DNA from: a virus
Taxonomy: Duplodnaviria > Heunggongvirae > Uroviricota > Caudoviricetes
IMG/VR virus record: IMGVR_UViG_2609459839_000007
Direction: 5' to 3' (one strand)
Length of the DNA stretch: 16,143 bases
Both the position numbers and the translations under genes were made by a program. Below, one piece after another: positions 1 to 8,718 of this stretch. Position 1 is the stretch's first letter. Every line of letters begins with the position of its first letter. The notes under the pieces were generated by a model. That model worked only from the letters and a program-made list of their open reading frames with translations, made no database searches and was not told the origin of the DNA.

Positions 1-1158
1 ATGCTCACCGTTAAGCAGATTGAAGCAGCAAAGCCGAAAGAAAAACCATACCGCCTACTCGATGGTAATGGCCTGTACCTTTATGTCCCTGTATCAGGGA
101 AAAAGGTATGGCAGCTTCGCTACAAGATTGACGGTAAGGAGAAAATCCTGACTGTCGGAAAATATCCGCTTATGACTTTGCAGGAAGCAAGGGATAAGGC
201 ATGGACTGCGAGGAAAGACATCTCGGTTGGCATCGATCCGGTAAAGGCGAAAAAGGCTTCGTCTAACAACAATTCATTTAGTGCGATTTACAAGGAATGG
301 TACGAGCACAAGAAGCAAGTCTGGTCAGTAGGCTATGCAACTGAACTTGCCAAAATGTTTGATGACGACATTTTACCCATCATCGGCGGTCTTGAGATTC
401 AGGATATTGAGCCGATGCAACTGCTGGAAGTAATCCGCAGATTTGAAGATCGCGGTGCAATGGAGCGAGCCAACAAAGCCCGCAGAAGATGCGGCGAGGT
501 TTTTCGTTACGCTATTGTCACCGGAAGGGCTAAATATAACCCGGCACCTGACCTTGCAGACGCCATGAAAGGATACCGCAAGAAGAACTTCCCGTTCCTT
601 CCAGCAGACCAGATGCCTGCATTCAACAAAGCACTGGCAACATTTTCAGGAAGTATCGTATCGCTCATTGCGACAAAAGTTTTACGTTATACAGCCCTAA
701 GAACGAAAGAGCTTCGTTCCATGCTATGGAAGAACGTCGATTTTGAAAACAGGATTATCACCATCGACGCCAGTGTGATGAAGGGACGCAAAATTCATGT
801 GGTCCCGATGTCAGACCAGGTGGTTGAACTTCTCACTACGCTAAGCTCAATCACCAAACCAGTCTCAGAGTTTGTTTTTGCCGGGCGCAACGATAAGAAG
901 AAGCCAATCTGCGAGAACGCGGTATTGCTTGTGATCAAACAAATCGGCTATGAAGGTCTGGAAAGCGGTCACGGATTCAGGCATGAATTCAGCACGATTA
1001 TGAACGAGCACGAATGGCCTGCTGACGCTATTGAAGTGCAGCTGGCACATGCCAACGGCGGATCTGTGCGCGGTATTTACAACCATGCTCAGTATCTCGA
1101 TAAGCGCAGAGAAATGATGCAGTGGTGGGCGGATTGGCTTGATGAAAAGGTGGAGTGA
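1..1158 (+). CDS. int: Tyrosine recombinase / integrase, P4-like (CP4-57 IntA-type) family
   Basis: 385-aa ORF with ATG at 1. N-terminal AAKPK..YRL.DG.GLYL motif and C-terminal HGFRHEF... / QLAHANGGSVRGIYNHAQYLDKRREMMQWWADWL region are typical of P4-type integrases. Upstream att site or tRNA would lie outside the window. Confidence 0.9.
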   Translation: MLTVKQIEAAKPKEKPYRLLDGNGLYLYVPVSGKKVWQLRYKIDGKEKILTVGKYPLMTLQEARDKAWTARKDISVGIDPVKAKKASSNNNSFSAIYKEWYEHKKQVWSVGYATELAKMFDDDILPIIGGLEIQDIEPMQLLEVIRRFEDRGAMERANKARRRCGEVFRYAIVTGRAKYNPAPDLADAMKGYRKKNFPFLPADQMPAFNKALATFSGSIVSLIATKVLRYTALRTKELRSMLWKNVDFENRIITIDASVMKGRKIHVVPMSDQVVELLTTLSSITKPVSEFVFAGRNDKKKPICENAVLLVIKQIGYEGLESGHGFRHEFSTIMNEHEWPADAIEVQLAHANGGSVRGIYNHAQYLDKRREMMQWWADWLDEKVE

Positions 1159-1492
1159 TCCACCTTAACCACTATCGGATAGTACAAAGCTTTGTGTGTC
1201 CCCACTATGACCTGCATAATCAATGAGAAGATAACAGTGATGACAAACGAGGCAGAAGTCTTCTTTTCTTTCATGACTTCTCCAGCATGCATACCTTTCT
1301 GCCATGACTGAAGTGAATGCCTGTTATGAACGAGGATTGGCCCAGACTTAGATAATGAGAGAGCACGGTGCTAATACCCAGACACGTCACCAGCCAGGCA
1401 ACAACAGATGGGGTCATAGCAACATTTTGGAAGGTATCTTCGTATCATTATGTGGTTAAATAGACATAATTTAACCCAATGGAATTTTCGCC

Positions 1493-2095
1493 ATGCTAAC
1501 CTTCTGGCACGAATATTCAGATCTCATCTCCGCATTTTTAGCAGCTCTTTTAGGTGGCTGTTTCACGATGATAGGAGTGACAACTCAGGTGAAACAGCAG
1601 GCAAAACAGCAGGCAACAGCGGCCAGAGAGAAGCGTATAACAACGCTATTGGGTGTCAGAGAGGAAATAGACTCACTGATTAAACTGTATCAGGCCAGAA
1701 TGGCAGAAGAAATCGAAAAATACGACCGGAACTCACCGTTCGATAACATTTTCCCCATTACTCAAAACTACTTCACGTTCTATGAAGCCAACTCGGCATC
1801 CCTACCTGAAGTTCATAGAGAAACACTCTCAAAAATTGTGGCTTTTTATACAAGCGCAAGAAGCCTAATTGATTCCTATCGCGGCAATAATGCGCTTATC
1901 GAACGGCTGGACTCCACGCAGGTTGCAAGTGACATTACTGGCAACAAAGAACATCTTGCACACCTGAAAAGATACACAATCCTAGCCACAGAGTACGGCC
2001 GCGGATTAATGATGATTCATGATGAGGTCATGCTCCGCTATAAACAGGTTATAGAAGCCATCGATGGTGAAATCTCACAGCTACAATGCAGTTAG
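1493..2095 (+). CDS. Hypothetical protein; hydrophobic N-terminal segment (possible TM helix) followed by a helical soluble domain; no recognised family
   Basis: 200-aa ORF; residues ~10-30 (LISAFLAALLGGCFTMIGV) are hydrophobic. No clear SD before the ATG at 1493. An alternative start at 1568 is preceded by AGGTGG (1552-1557) and would remove the hydrophobic segment. AT-rich relative to neighbours. Confidence 0.5.
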   Translation: MLTFWHEYSDLISAFLAALLGGCFTMIGVTTQVKQQAKQQATAAREKRITTLLGVREEIDSLIKLYQARMAEEIEKYDRNSPFDNIFPITQNYFTFYEANSASLPEVHRETLSKIVAFYTSARSLIDSYRGNNALIERLDSTQVASDITGNKEHLAHLKRYTILATEYGRGLMMIHDEVMLRYKQVIEAIDGEISQLQCS

Positions 2096-2576
2096 CACTA
2101 CAACCTGTCCGCATATTGAGCGACACGGTCGGATTTAGTGGGCTGAATGTCCGTTGTGAGCACTTAACGGACATTGCTAACCGCCTTCTGAGTGAATTAT
2201 CAGGGAGTAGGTCAAGATGGGACGTAGAGCACAAATCGTGGACAACATTTTTCGGGCACTTTTTAAAAATGACTAAACTGGTAAAATTCGATGTTATGAG
2301 CTGCGCTTTTAAGGGCCGTTAGTCGCATAGATTGTTAATCTATTCAGCGTTACTCATTCTCCAGATTACCAATTTAAATGGATGCACGGCCACCATGTTA
2401 AAATCTAACGCGGCCCTAAAGTCAGAGTGTAATGGGAAATGCAAGAAGTTATTTTCGTGCGCGTTCACTGGCGCACCTTGAGCAACCATTTCTCAATGCG
2501 TCTTAAAAGAGATGACTTGACTAAATTATGTATGCACTATCTGAATCTGATTTTTTTACTTAAAAGGGGGTTTTCA

Positions 2577-3476
2577 ATGACAGCAATAGCCTGCTGGCTA
2601 AACAGGGAAGAAGGGGAAAGTATCTGGGCCGTAAGCGACTCAAGAATCACCCAGCATGAAAGTGTAATGACAAATCACTGTCCTAAACTATTCTCGATTC
2701 CGGTATCAGTTATTCGCTCCAATGACATATACCGTCTATCTCCGGAAAAAATTATGGAGTTTGGTTTCGGCTTTGCAGGAGGAACAATGATCGGTATAAA
2801 TGTGAAGGAGTTACTTGCCGTATCATTATCTTCATTACATGAAGTTAATTATTATGATGTTCAGCAGCCGGAGTTGACTTATGATAGTTACCCGAGTCTT
2901 TATGAAATTGCAGTTTTAACAAAGGGAATCGCGGAAAAATTTATACTGGATATTGGCCAGTTTTTTCCCCGTTCTGTAGCAACGGAGATGATTATTTACG
3001 GATTCTGTTTCAGAACACAGGTACATAAAATCATTAAGATCTACAACACCCCATCAAACCCCACTAATCTTGTAATTGAGGACTGCCTTGACCTGACAAC
3101 AGGTACCCCGGTAGTCTTGGGAGACAGAAAGCAGCAGTTTCGGGAAGATATTGAGATGACGAGGGGGCGTTTTGAGAATGGCACGCTTAACTGGTGGCGG
3201 GCGTCATTTATCGCGTTAAACAACTGGATATCTCAGGACACCGTAAATACAATTGGTGGGCATATTCAGTTCTCAATGGCGAATAGAATTGGCACAAGAA
3301 ATCTTTTTATGTCCAGCTCAGAGTCTAACCCCCTTGATATGACCTATGCCGGAATCAGTAATACAAGTGCTCTAGGATTTACCATTGGACAACTTAGTAT
3401 TATGCCAATGTTAGGTATGACCCTTCCTGGGGAAAATGGCTGGCCATACGGCGATCAAATACTCCATAATGATTAG
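2577..3476 (+). CDS. Hypothetical protein with proteasome beta-subunit / HslV-like N-terminal nucleophile (Ntn) hydrolase signature and a C-terminal extension
   Basis: 299-aa ORF starting at the ATG at 2577, 6 nt after AAGGGGG (preferred over the in-frame upstream ATG at 2439, which lacks an SD). N-terminus MTAIACWLN...AVSDSRIT...K...GFGFAGGTMIG parallels E. coli HslV TTIVSVRRN...IAGDGQAT...K...AGFAGGTADAF (recalled from memory): Thr directly after Met, Asp ~20, Lys ~36, GFAGG motif. Strongly AT-rich. Confidence 0.6.
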   Translation: MTAIACWLNREEGESIWAVSDSRITQHESVMTNHCPKLFSIPVSVIRSNDIYRLSPEKIMEFGFGFAGGTMIGINVKELLAVSLSSLHEVNYYDVQQPELTYDSYPSLYEIAVLTKGIAEKFILDIGQFFPRSVATEMIIYGFCFRTQVHKIIKIYNTPSNPTNLVIEDCLDLTTGTPVVLGDRKQQFREDIEMTRGRFENGTLNWWRASFIALNNWISQDTVNTIGGHIQFSMANRIGTRNLFMSSSESNPLDMTYAGISNTSALGFTIGQLSIMPMLGMTLPGENGWPYGDQILHND

Positions 3477-3637
3477 AAGGTTAAGTATTTTATATTGGAT
3501 ATATGGCTATTGTGCTGCCATGATTCTAACAAATTATGCTTAAGAGGTGGTGCAACTCCTCTCATACAAAAAATACGTAAAATCAGTAACGGCTGGAAAT
3601 AATTCAATACATACACTCTCGAAAGTGCATCAGCCAA

Positions 3638-3676
3638 CCGCAGCACGTCTTGCATACGGCGTGTCTGCGGTTTTAT
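3638..3676 (+). terminator. Putative rho-independent terminator downstream of the 2577-3476 gene
   Basis: Imperfect stem CCGCAGCACG / GTGTCTGCGG (6 perfect bp plus a bulged extension) followed by TTTTAT; convergent with the invertase stop codon. Confidence 0.3.
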
Positions 3677-4227
3677 ATAATCCTGGCTGGAAACCTCTTA
3701 TACAAAGTCGATACACCAATATCATAGATGATCGCTACCTTCTGGCGAGGAATTCCTGCTGCAATTAATCGTCCGGCCTGCTCCCATTGTTCTGGTGTAA
3801 GTTTGGGGCGACGTCCACCAATTCGTCCCTGTGCGCGAGCAGCTTCCAGTCCAGCTTTTGTTCGTTCAACAATCAGTTCACGCTCCATTTCAGCCAGGGC
3901 ACCCATCACATGAAAGAAAAAGCGTCCCATTGGTGTGCTGGTATCAATTGAATCCGTCAGACTACGAAAGTTGATGCCTCGTTCGCGCAACTCCTCCACC
4001 AGCACGACAAGATGCCGCATACTACGCCCCAGCCGATCCAGCTTCCAGACAACCAGAGTGTCACCTGCCGATAATGTCCTGAGCAGTTTTTTCAGTCCCG
4101 GCCTTTCGGACTTTGTGCCGCTTATCTTGTCTTCAAAAATCAGCTCGCATCCTGCACAGTTCAGCGCATTACGTTGTAGATCTGTGTTCTGGTCATTTGT
4201 TGATACGCGTACATAGCCAATAAGCAT
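3673..4227 (-). CDS. pin: Serine-recombinase DNA invertase (Pin/Gin/Hin/Cin family)
   Basis: 184 aa from the ATG at 4227 (MLIGYVRVSTNDQNTDLQRNAL..., catalytic Ser in VRVSTNDQ), preceded by GGGGGA; C-terminal helix-turn-helix region. The track ORF extends 12 codons further upstream, but the family N-terminus is MLIGY. Confidence 0.85.
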   Translation of the reverse strand: MLIGYVRVSTNDQNTDLQRNALNCAGCELIFEDKISGTKSERPGLKKLLRTLSAGDTLVVWKLDRLGRSMRHLVVLVEELRERGINFRSLTDSIDTSTPMGRFFFHVMGALAEMERELIVERTKAGLEAARAQGRIGGRRPKLTPEQWEQAGRLIAAGIPRQKVAIIYDIGVSTLYKRFPARII

Positions 4228-4253
4228 GGTAGATCCCCCTGACAAAAGCAGGA

Positions 4254-4730
4254 ATGATGCCATTTGCTCGTTATTTCTGCATTTTCATAAACGTTGGTTT
4301 GGGAGAAGCGGCAAAACGGGATGTGGGGACAGGGGAAAATCAGATACCGGACATGGCCTCTTTTGCCAGTGGTGATGGATGGATGAAATTACCCAACGGG
4401 AAAATCCTGCAATATGGTCGTGGTGCGGTTACGCCGACATTATCGACGCAAACAATGAGAATTACATTCAGCATCCCTTTCCCCAAAAAAGCGGACTGCG
4501 CCATGCTTACTCATTCTGGTGATGGCGGTGCGCCTTTAGCTGGCGCAGTCAAAGAAGCGATCAGTGAGGTATTCAGCCGTCAGGCCTGGAGGAAAAACCC
4601 AGCCACAAGCCACGCCGCTGCATTCAGGTCTGCCGGAGACATCTGGTCGACAGAGCTTTGCGGCACTTTCGCCAGCCGCACAATGTATTTAGATACCACA
4701 TGTGCCAGAAGTCTGACGGACTCATCCTGA
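4254..4730 (+). pseudogene. Orphan tail-fibre C-terminal variable segment (remnant of an invertible tail-fibre cassette), promoterless
   Basis: ORF reads rightward across the candidate crossover site; contains GDGWMKLPNGKILQYGRG, resembling the conserved GW.KLP.G.I.QWG motif of variable tail-fibre C-termini. No N-terminal tail-fibre body and no downstream assembly gene. Confidence 0.3.
4282..4307. other. Candidate invertase crossover site (gix/hix/pix-like 26-bp imperfect dyad)
   Basis: TTTTCATAAACG TT GGTTTGGGAGAA resembles the recalled hix/gix pattern TTnTCnnAAACC nn GGTTTnnnGAnAA; lies ~55 bp upstream of the invertase start, the usual position of the invertase-proximal site. Confidence 0.3.
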
Positions 4731-4731
4731 T

Positions 4732-5412
4732 TCATCTGGTAGGGATACCGTCACTGGCAAGCTTGTGACGCCCGTACTTACTGGTAATGACGGATTTCAG
4801 TTTGCGCAGTACATACGCACTGGTATGCAGCGTCTCGCTGTCGAGGTAGCTGTTATCCGCATCCGGCATCTGTTCGTTTTCAGCGATACCGTAACCCGCC
4901 AGAGAGGACGGCTGCCCCAGTTCCAGCCCCGGACGCCACAGATAGTTACCCTCGGTGTCTTTCAGCAAACGGATGGCAAACAGGCTGTTGTTGTTCATCA
5001 TGAACTTCGCGCCGGTGCGGTGTGCCTTACGCAGCGTGTAAATCAGTTTGATAATGGCGTCTGCGGTCACCGCGGTCGCTTCGCCGGATACAATATGCTG
5101 AAGTTTGCCGAACGCCCGGACCTTGTCGGTTTCATCAGTGGATTCATACGCCAGGAACCCTTTCGGCTTCTTGGTGCCATCGCCGGTGGTAAAGGCAATT
5201 TCTTCCTGTTCGGCAAATTCGGTTGCCAGCTCGCTGTTGATCCATGCTTCCACGTTGAAAAAGGCATCATCCAGCATTTTCTGGGTAGCCTGCGGGTTGC
5301 CGTAGATTTCCCCCATGAAAGGTTCAATCAGGCCCAGTTTTGAGGTGGCAGTCTGGGAGCGCGCGTCAGTCTCGCCAACCGGCACTACCTGCTGAGGTGC
5401 CATAGGCGACAC
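4732..5412 (-). pseudogene. Internal fragment of an HK97-family major capsid protein gene
   Basis: Motifs EIAFTTGDGTKKPKGFL, AHRTGAKFMMNNNSLFAIRLLKDTEGNYLWRP and GYGIAENEQMPD match HK97-fold capsid conserved blocks. The ~160 N-terminal residues and the normal C-terminal block are missing; the ORF opens with GTG only by track convention. Confidence 0.6.
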
Positions 5413-5551
5413 CCGTTGTTAACTTATCCATGGATTTCATAACCCCACCTCGCAGACAAAGCGGGTGTAAATTGAGGGAATACTACGAAACGTAACAGAC
5501 TCGGAGTCAGTGAATAACTCAGGTATTGGGTTATCAGCTAATATCGAGACT

Positions 5552-5585
5552 CAAAAAATGGAAAAACCCGCTCGACGGCGGGTTT
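5552..5585 (-). terminator. Putative rho-independent terminator (minus strand) in the AT-rich region upstream of the porin gene
   Basis: Stem CCCGC / GCGGG with A/T extensions (5564-5585), followed on the minus strand by TTTCCATTTTTT. Confidence 0.35.
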
Positions 5586-6012
5586 AAGCTGTGTGACGAA
5601 GTAACCACTCTTAACAGCATAACCAATTTTTTACGTACGTAAACCACTAAATGATATTTGCGAGAATGCTACCGAGTATTGAAAACACCACTACAAATAC
5701 ATAAGCAAATCCCAACAAATAACCAACAAATAATTTCCAGTGTTATTTTTAGCCGGTTTAAATTGAACCTTCAAATTATAGAGCACCTATAAATAACAGC
5801 CGTTAATATAAATTGGCTAATAGATTTATTTTTATTCAGCAAAGAGCCATGAATAGGATTCGATAGAAAAAAGTTCAGATAAAAATAGAGATCTACTTCA
5901 CAAATCAAACGAGAAACCAAAACTTACATCTTGAAATAATCACATTGATTAGATGAATATTTATCGCGCAGTGACATCATTTTTTAATAATAGTTCAAAA
6001 AAAGGGCTCACG

Positions 6013-7110
6013 ATGAAAAAATTAACAGTGGCAATTTCTGCTGTAGCTGCATCAGTACTGATGGCGATGTCTGCTCAGGCAGCTGAAATTTATAATAAAG
6101 ACAGTAACAAGCTGGATCTGTACGGGAAAGTTAATGCTAAGCACTACTTCTCCTCTAATGATGCAGATGATGGTGATACTACTTATGCCCGTCTTGGCTT
6201 CAAAGGTGAAACCCAAATCAACGATCAACTGACTGGTTTCGGTCAGTGGGAATATGAATTCAAAGGCAACCGCGCTGAATCTCAAGGTTCCTCCAAAGAT
6301 AAAACCCGTCTTGCCTTCGCTGGCCTGAAATTCGGTGACTACGGCTCCATCGATTACGGCCGTAACTACGGTGTAGCATACGACATCGGTGCGTGGACTG
6401 ACGTCCTGCCAGAATTCGGTGGTGACACTTGGACTCAAACCGACGTGTTCATGACTCAACGTGCAACTGGTGTTGCAACCTATCGTAACAACGACTTCTT
6501 TGGTCTGGTTGATGGTCTGAACTTTGCTGCTCAGTACCAAGGCAAAAACGATCGTAGCGATTTCGATAACTACACTGAAGGTAACGGTGATGGCTTCGGT
6601 TTCTCTGCTACCTATGAATACGAAGGATTCGGTATCGGTGCAACTTATGCGAAATCTGATCGTACCGACACTCAAGTTAATGCAGGGAAAGTTCTTCCTG
6701 AAGTATTTGCTTCCGGTAAAAATGCAGAAGTTTGGGCCGCAGGTCTGAAATATGACGCTAACAACATTTACCTGGCCACTACCTATTCTGAAACCCAGAA
6801 TATGACTGTATTTGCTGATCACTTCGTTGCTAATAAAGCCCAAAACTTCGAAGCTGTTGCACAATATCAGTTCGATTTCGGTCTGCGTCCGTCCGTTGCT
6901 TACCTGCAATCTAAAGGTAAGGATCTTGGAGTATGGGGCGATCAGGACTTAGTCAAATATGTTGATGTAGGTGCAACCTATTACTTCAACAAAAATATGT
7001 CTACTTTCGTTGATTACAAAATCAACCTGCTTGACAAAAATGACTTCACTAAAGCACTCGGTGTAAGCACTGATGACATCGTTGCTGTAGGTCTGGTTTA
7101 CCAGTTCTAA
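6013..7110 (+). CDS. nmpC: Outer-membrane general porin, NmpC/OmpD-type (OmpC family), intact
   Basis: 365 aa from the ATG at 6013 with signal peptide [30 protein letters not shown], and C-terminal ...GLVYQF beta-barrel terminus. Matches my recollection of E. coli DLP12 NmpC. The track ORF begins 20 codons earlier, but the signal peptide defines the start. Confidence 0.9.
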   Translation: MKKLTVAISAVAASVLMAMSAQAAEIYNKDSNKLDLYGKVNAKHYFSSNDADDGDTTYARLGFKGETQINDQLTGFGQWEYEFKGNRAESQGSSKDKTRLAFAGLKFGDYGSIDYGRNYGVAYDIGAWTDVLPEFGGDTWTQTDVFMTQRATGVATYRNNDFFGLVDGLNFAAQYQGKNDRSDFDNYTEGNGDGFGFSATYEYEGFGIGATYAKSDRTDTQVNAGKVLPEVFASGKNAEVWAAGLKYDANNIYLATTYSETQNMTVFADHFVANKAQNFEAVAQYQFDFGLRPSVAYLQSKGKDLGVWGDQDLVKYVDVGATYYFNKNMSTFVDYKINLLDKNDFTKALGVSTDDIVAVGLVYQF

Positions 7111-7272
7111 TCTAATTACGAAAAAGATATGTTGCGGGAGGCGTTGCCTCCCCAACATATAAGTGGCTCCCTCAAGCCACTTCCTTTAGAAGCACAACCT
7201 TGCTTCTAACTATATAAACCTTCTGTTATATATTACCCTTTATTTTTGGGGGCGTCTCAACGCCCCATTTTT
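7110..7272 (+). ncRNA. Candidate structured RNA downstream of nmpC (IpeX-like locus): four consecutive hairpins ending in a terminator
   Basis: Hairpins at 7127-7160 (~15-bp stem ATATGTTGCGGGAGGC / GCCTCCCCAACATAT), 7162-7181 (AGTGGCT / AGCCACT), 7188-7207 (AGAAGCA / TGCTTCT) and 7249-7266 (GGGGCG / CGCCCC) plus T-run. Equating this with IpeX is from memory of its map position only. Confidence 0.3.
7249..7272 (+). terminator. Rho-independent terminator
   Basis: GGGGCG-TCTCAA-CGCCCC followed by ATTTTT. Confidence 0.5.
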
Positions 7273-7299
7273 AATAACTTTTAGTAAATAATTGGCATA

Positions 7300-7683
7300 T
7301 TAATTAGAGTTATTAACAACGATATCCATCTCTAACCGGATATCTAATGCCATTAACATCCCTTCAATTATGCCCTCAGCCTTCTGTAACCTTTTCCCGA
7401 TATAACCATCAGAGCAGCAATGCTTACCTGCCAGTGACATGAATGTCATACCGACTACATAATAATCTACTAATAAATCGTGCAAATCGCTGTTGTTCTT
7501 TTTCAGACGGGCCATGCACCCGCAAATAATCATCGCGTCATCGTCACAACATTGCGGGCGAGATTTTACTTTTGAAGTAATTAATCCCTTAAAACCGGCG
7601 GCAATGGACGACCAGGTCACATCTTCATGATTATTAGCCGCCCACGCTCCCCAACGCTCAAGAACCATCTGAATATCACGCAT
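7300..7683 (-). CDS. quuD: Late-gene antiterminator Q (phage 82 / DLP12 QuuD-type)
   Basis: 127 aa from the ATG at 7683 ([22 protein letters not shown]...), preceded by GGAG; matches recalled QuuD sequence. Cys-rich zinc-binding region present. Confidence 0.8.
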   Translation of the reverse strand: MRDIQMVLERWGAWAANNHEDVTWSSIAAGFKGLITSKVKSRPQCCDDDAMIICGCMARLKKNNSDLHDLLVDYYVVGMTFMSLAGKHCCSDGYIGKRLQKAEGIIEGMLMALDIRLEMDIVVNNSN

Positions 7684-7768
7684 CAACTTACTCCACAAAA
7701 ATCAGACCAGAACGCCAATTACAAGCAAAAATCAACAAAACAGTATTAGTTGATTGTTATCTCTGACT

Positions 7769-7909
7769 TCATACTCCTGCTCCTGTCAGGGTTTTGGCGT
7801 AATTCTTCAGTATTCGGTAATCGGTCAAAACAGAACCGGGGAAACGATATAAGCGCAGATGCCCCCAGCGGTGGCGAAGAAGTTCTGCCATATAAAACTC
7901 AAACATCAT
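7769..7909 (-). CDS. ylcG: YlcG-family small prophage protein (46 aa)
   Basis: Below the ORF-track cutoff; hand-translated as [46 protein letters not shown]. Its start codon overlaps the rusA stop. Confidence 0.6.
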   Translation of the reverse strand: MMFEFYMAELLRHRWGHLRLYRFPGSVLTDYRILKNYAKTLTGAGV

Positions 7910-8268
7910 TCATTCCCCATTTCGGTGATGGTCAGTTCCAGCCTCCCACCTTTGGTAACAGGCATCTTCACAACGCGGTAATCAACGACCAGCTCATCAT
8001 CCAGCCAGAAACCTGCTTTAGTGAGTGCGTCAAAAGCGGCTTTTTGCAGATTATCCAGGTCACGGCGACGGCGATCCGGCATGTGGCACTCAATGCGGAT
8101 TTTCACAGGCATAGCCAGACCGATATCCAGCATTGAGCCTTTAATGATTCGGGCGACGTTATCGCGGTATGCCTGCCCTTCTGCGCTGATGTGCGTGCGC
8201 CCTCGATTATGGCGGTAGTAGCGGTTATTGCTCGGCGGCCAGGGTAGTGTGATGTGGTAAGTATTCAC
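7906..8268 (-). CDS. rusA: Holliday-junction resolvase RusA
   Basis: 120 aa, [26 protein letters not shown]...[22 protein letters not shown]..., matching recalled E. coli RusA. Start codon is GTG, overlapping the ybcO stop. Confidence 0.9.
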   Translation of the reverse strand: MNTYHITLPWPPSNNRYYRHNRGRTHISAEGQAYRDNVARIIKGSMLDIGLAMPVKIRIECHMPDRRRRDLDNLQKAAFDALTKAGFWLDDELVVDYRVVKMPVTKGGRLELTITEMGNE

Positions 8269-8555
8269 GCCTTAATTACCCCCTCTTTCAGCCAGATAAC
8301 CTGCGTTCTCGCCATACCTTCCAGCGCGCATTCTTTTGCATATCCAGCGTCAACAAAATGCGTGCGGCGGTCGATTTCGTCGTGGCAGGCAGAACATGCA
8401 ATGGTGGCAATCAGGTCTGGCGGTTTCGTACCGGTGCCGCACAATCCAGTCAGCCGGATATGTGCCAGTACAGACGTTTCAGGGTTGCCATTACATACGC
8501 CAGGGATTCTTACCTGGCATTCCCGACCACGCGCTGCTTTTCTCAAATCAGCCAT
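8265..8555 (-). CDS. ybcO: YbcO-family (DUF1364) Cys-rich prophage protein, putative nuclease
   Basis: 96 aa from the ATG at 8555 ([23 protein letters not shown]...), preceded by AGGAGG; matches recalled DLP12 YbcO. Confidence 0.8.
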   Translation of the reverse strand: MADLRKAARGRECQVRIPGVCNGNPETSVLAHIRLTGLCGTGTKPPDLIATIACSACHDEIDRRTHFVDAGYAKECALEGMARTQVIWLKEGVIKA

Positions 8556-8718
8556 GACTCCTCCTTGCTGCCAGTCGCAACCATTTTTTATCAACCAAGC
8601 TGGCGGTATATCCGAGCAGTGTTGGTATTTCGGATGGCTTCAGCTCAGGTTTACGCTTACGACGATTTGGTACTCTGTAGATGTATCCGTTCATGACACG
8701 AATAAGCGGTGTAGCCAT
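8548..8718 (-). CDS. ninE: NinE-family protein
   Basis: 56 aa ([56 protein letters not shown]); basic KRKP/WLR pattern as in lambda NinE. Start overlaps the ybcN stop. Confidence 0.75.
   Translation of the reverse strand: MATPLIRVMNGYIYRVPNRRKRKPELKPSEIPTLLGYTASLVDKKWLRLAARRSHG

Noticed and set aside
1089-1292. Minus-strand ORF overlapping the integrase 3' end (a 61-aa version from the ATG at 1274 has a GGAGAA SD and a hydrophobic N-terminus)
   Set aside because: Overlaps the conserved integrase C-terminus by ~70 nt and has no recognisable family; possibly real but unsupported.
2086-2322. 78-aa ORF (and antisense 2049-2234) in the gap between the two cargo genes
   Set aside because: No SD, no recognisable motif, and different composition from the flanking genes. 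Possibly a decayed gene remnant; not called as a CDS.
2439-2576. Upstream in-frame start for the proteasome-like gene (345-aa version)
   Set aside because: The ATG at 2577 has a strong AAGGGGG SD and places the Thr directly after Met, as expected for an Ntn hydrolase; the 2439 start has no SD.
4765-5343. 192-aa plus-strand ORF, plus two smaller ORFs at 5067-5327 and 5105-5305
   Set aside because: All lie within, or antisense to, the capsid-gene fragment, whose frame carries the conserved HK97 motifs; no independent support.
6052-6909. 285-aa minus-strand ORF inside the porin gene
   Set aside because: Entirely antisense to a well-supported porin CDS; no SD and no recognisable protein features. 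Treated as a chance open frame in a constrained coding region.
7750-8136. Plus-strand ORFs overlapping ylcG/rusA (7750-8136, 8021-8218) and ybcO/ninE/ybcN (8254-8748, 8336-8557, 8358-8696, 8931-9287, 8948-9139)
   Set aside because: Antisense or out of frame relative to the tightly coupled minus-strand nin operon, whose products match known families; no SDs seen.
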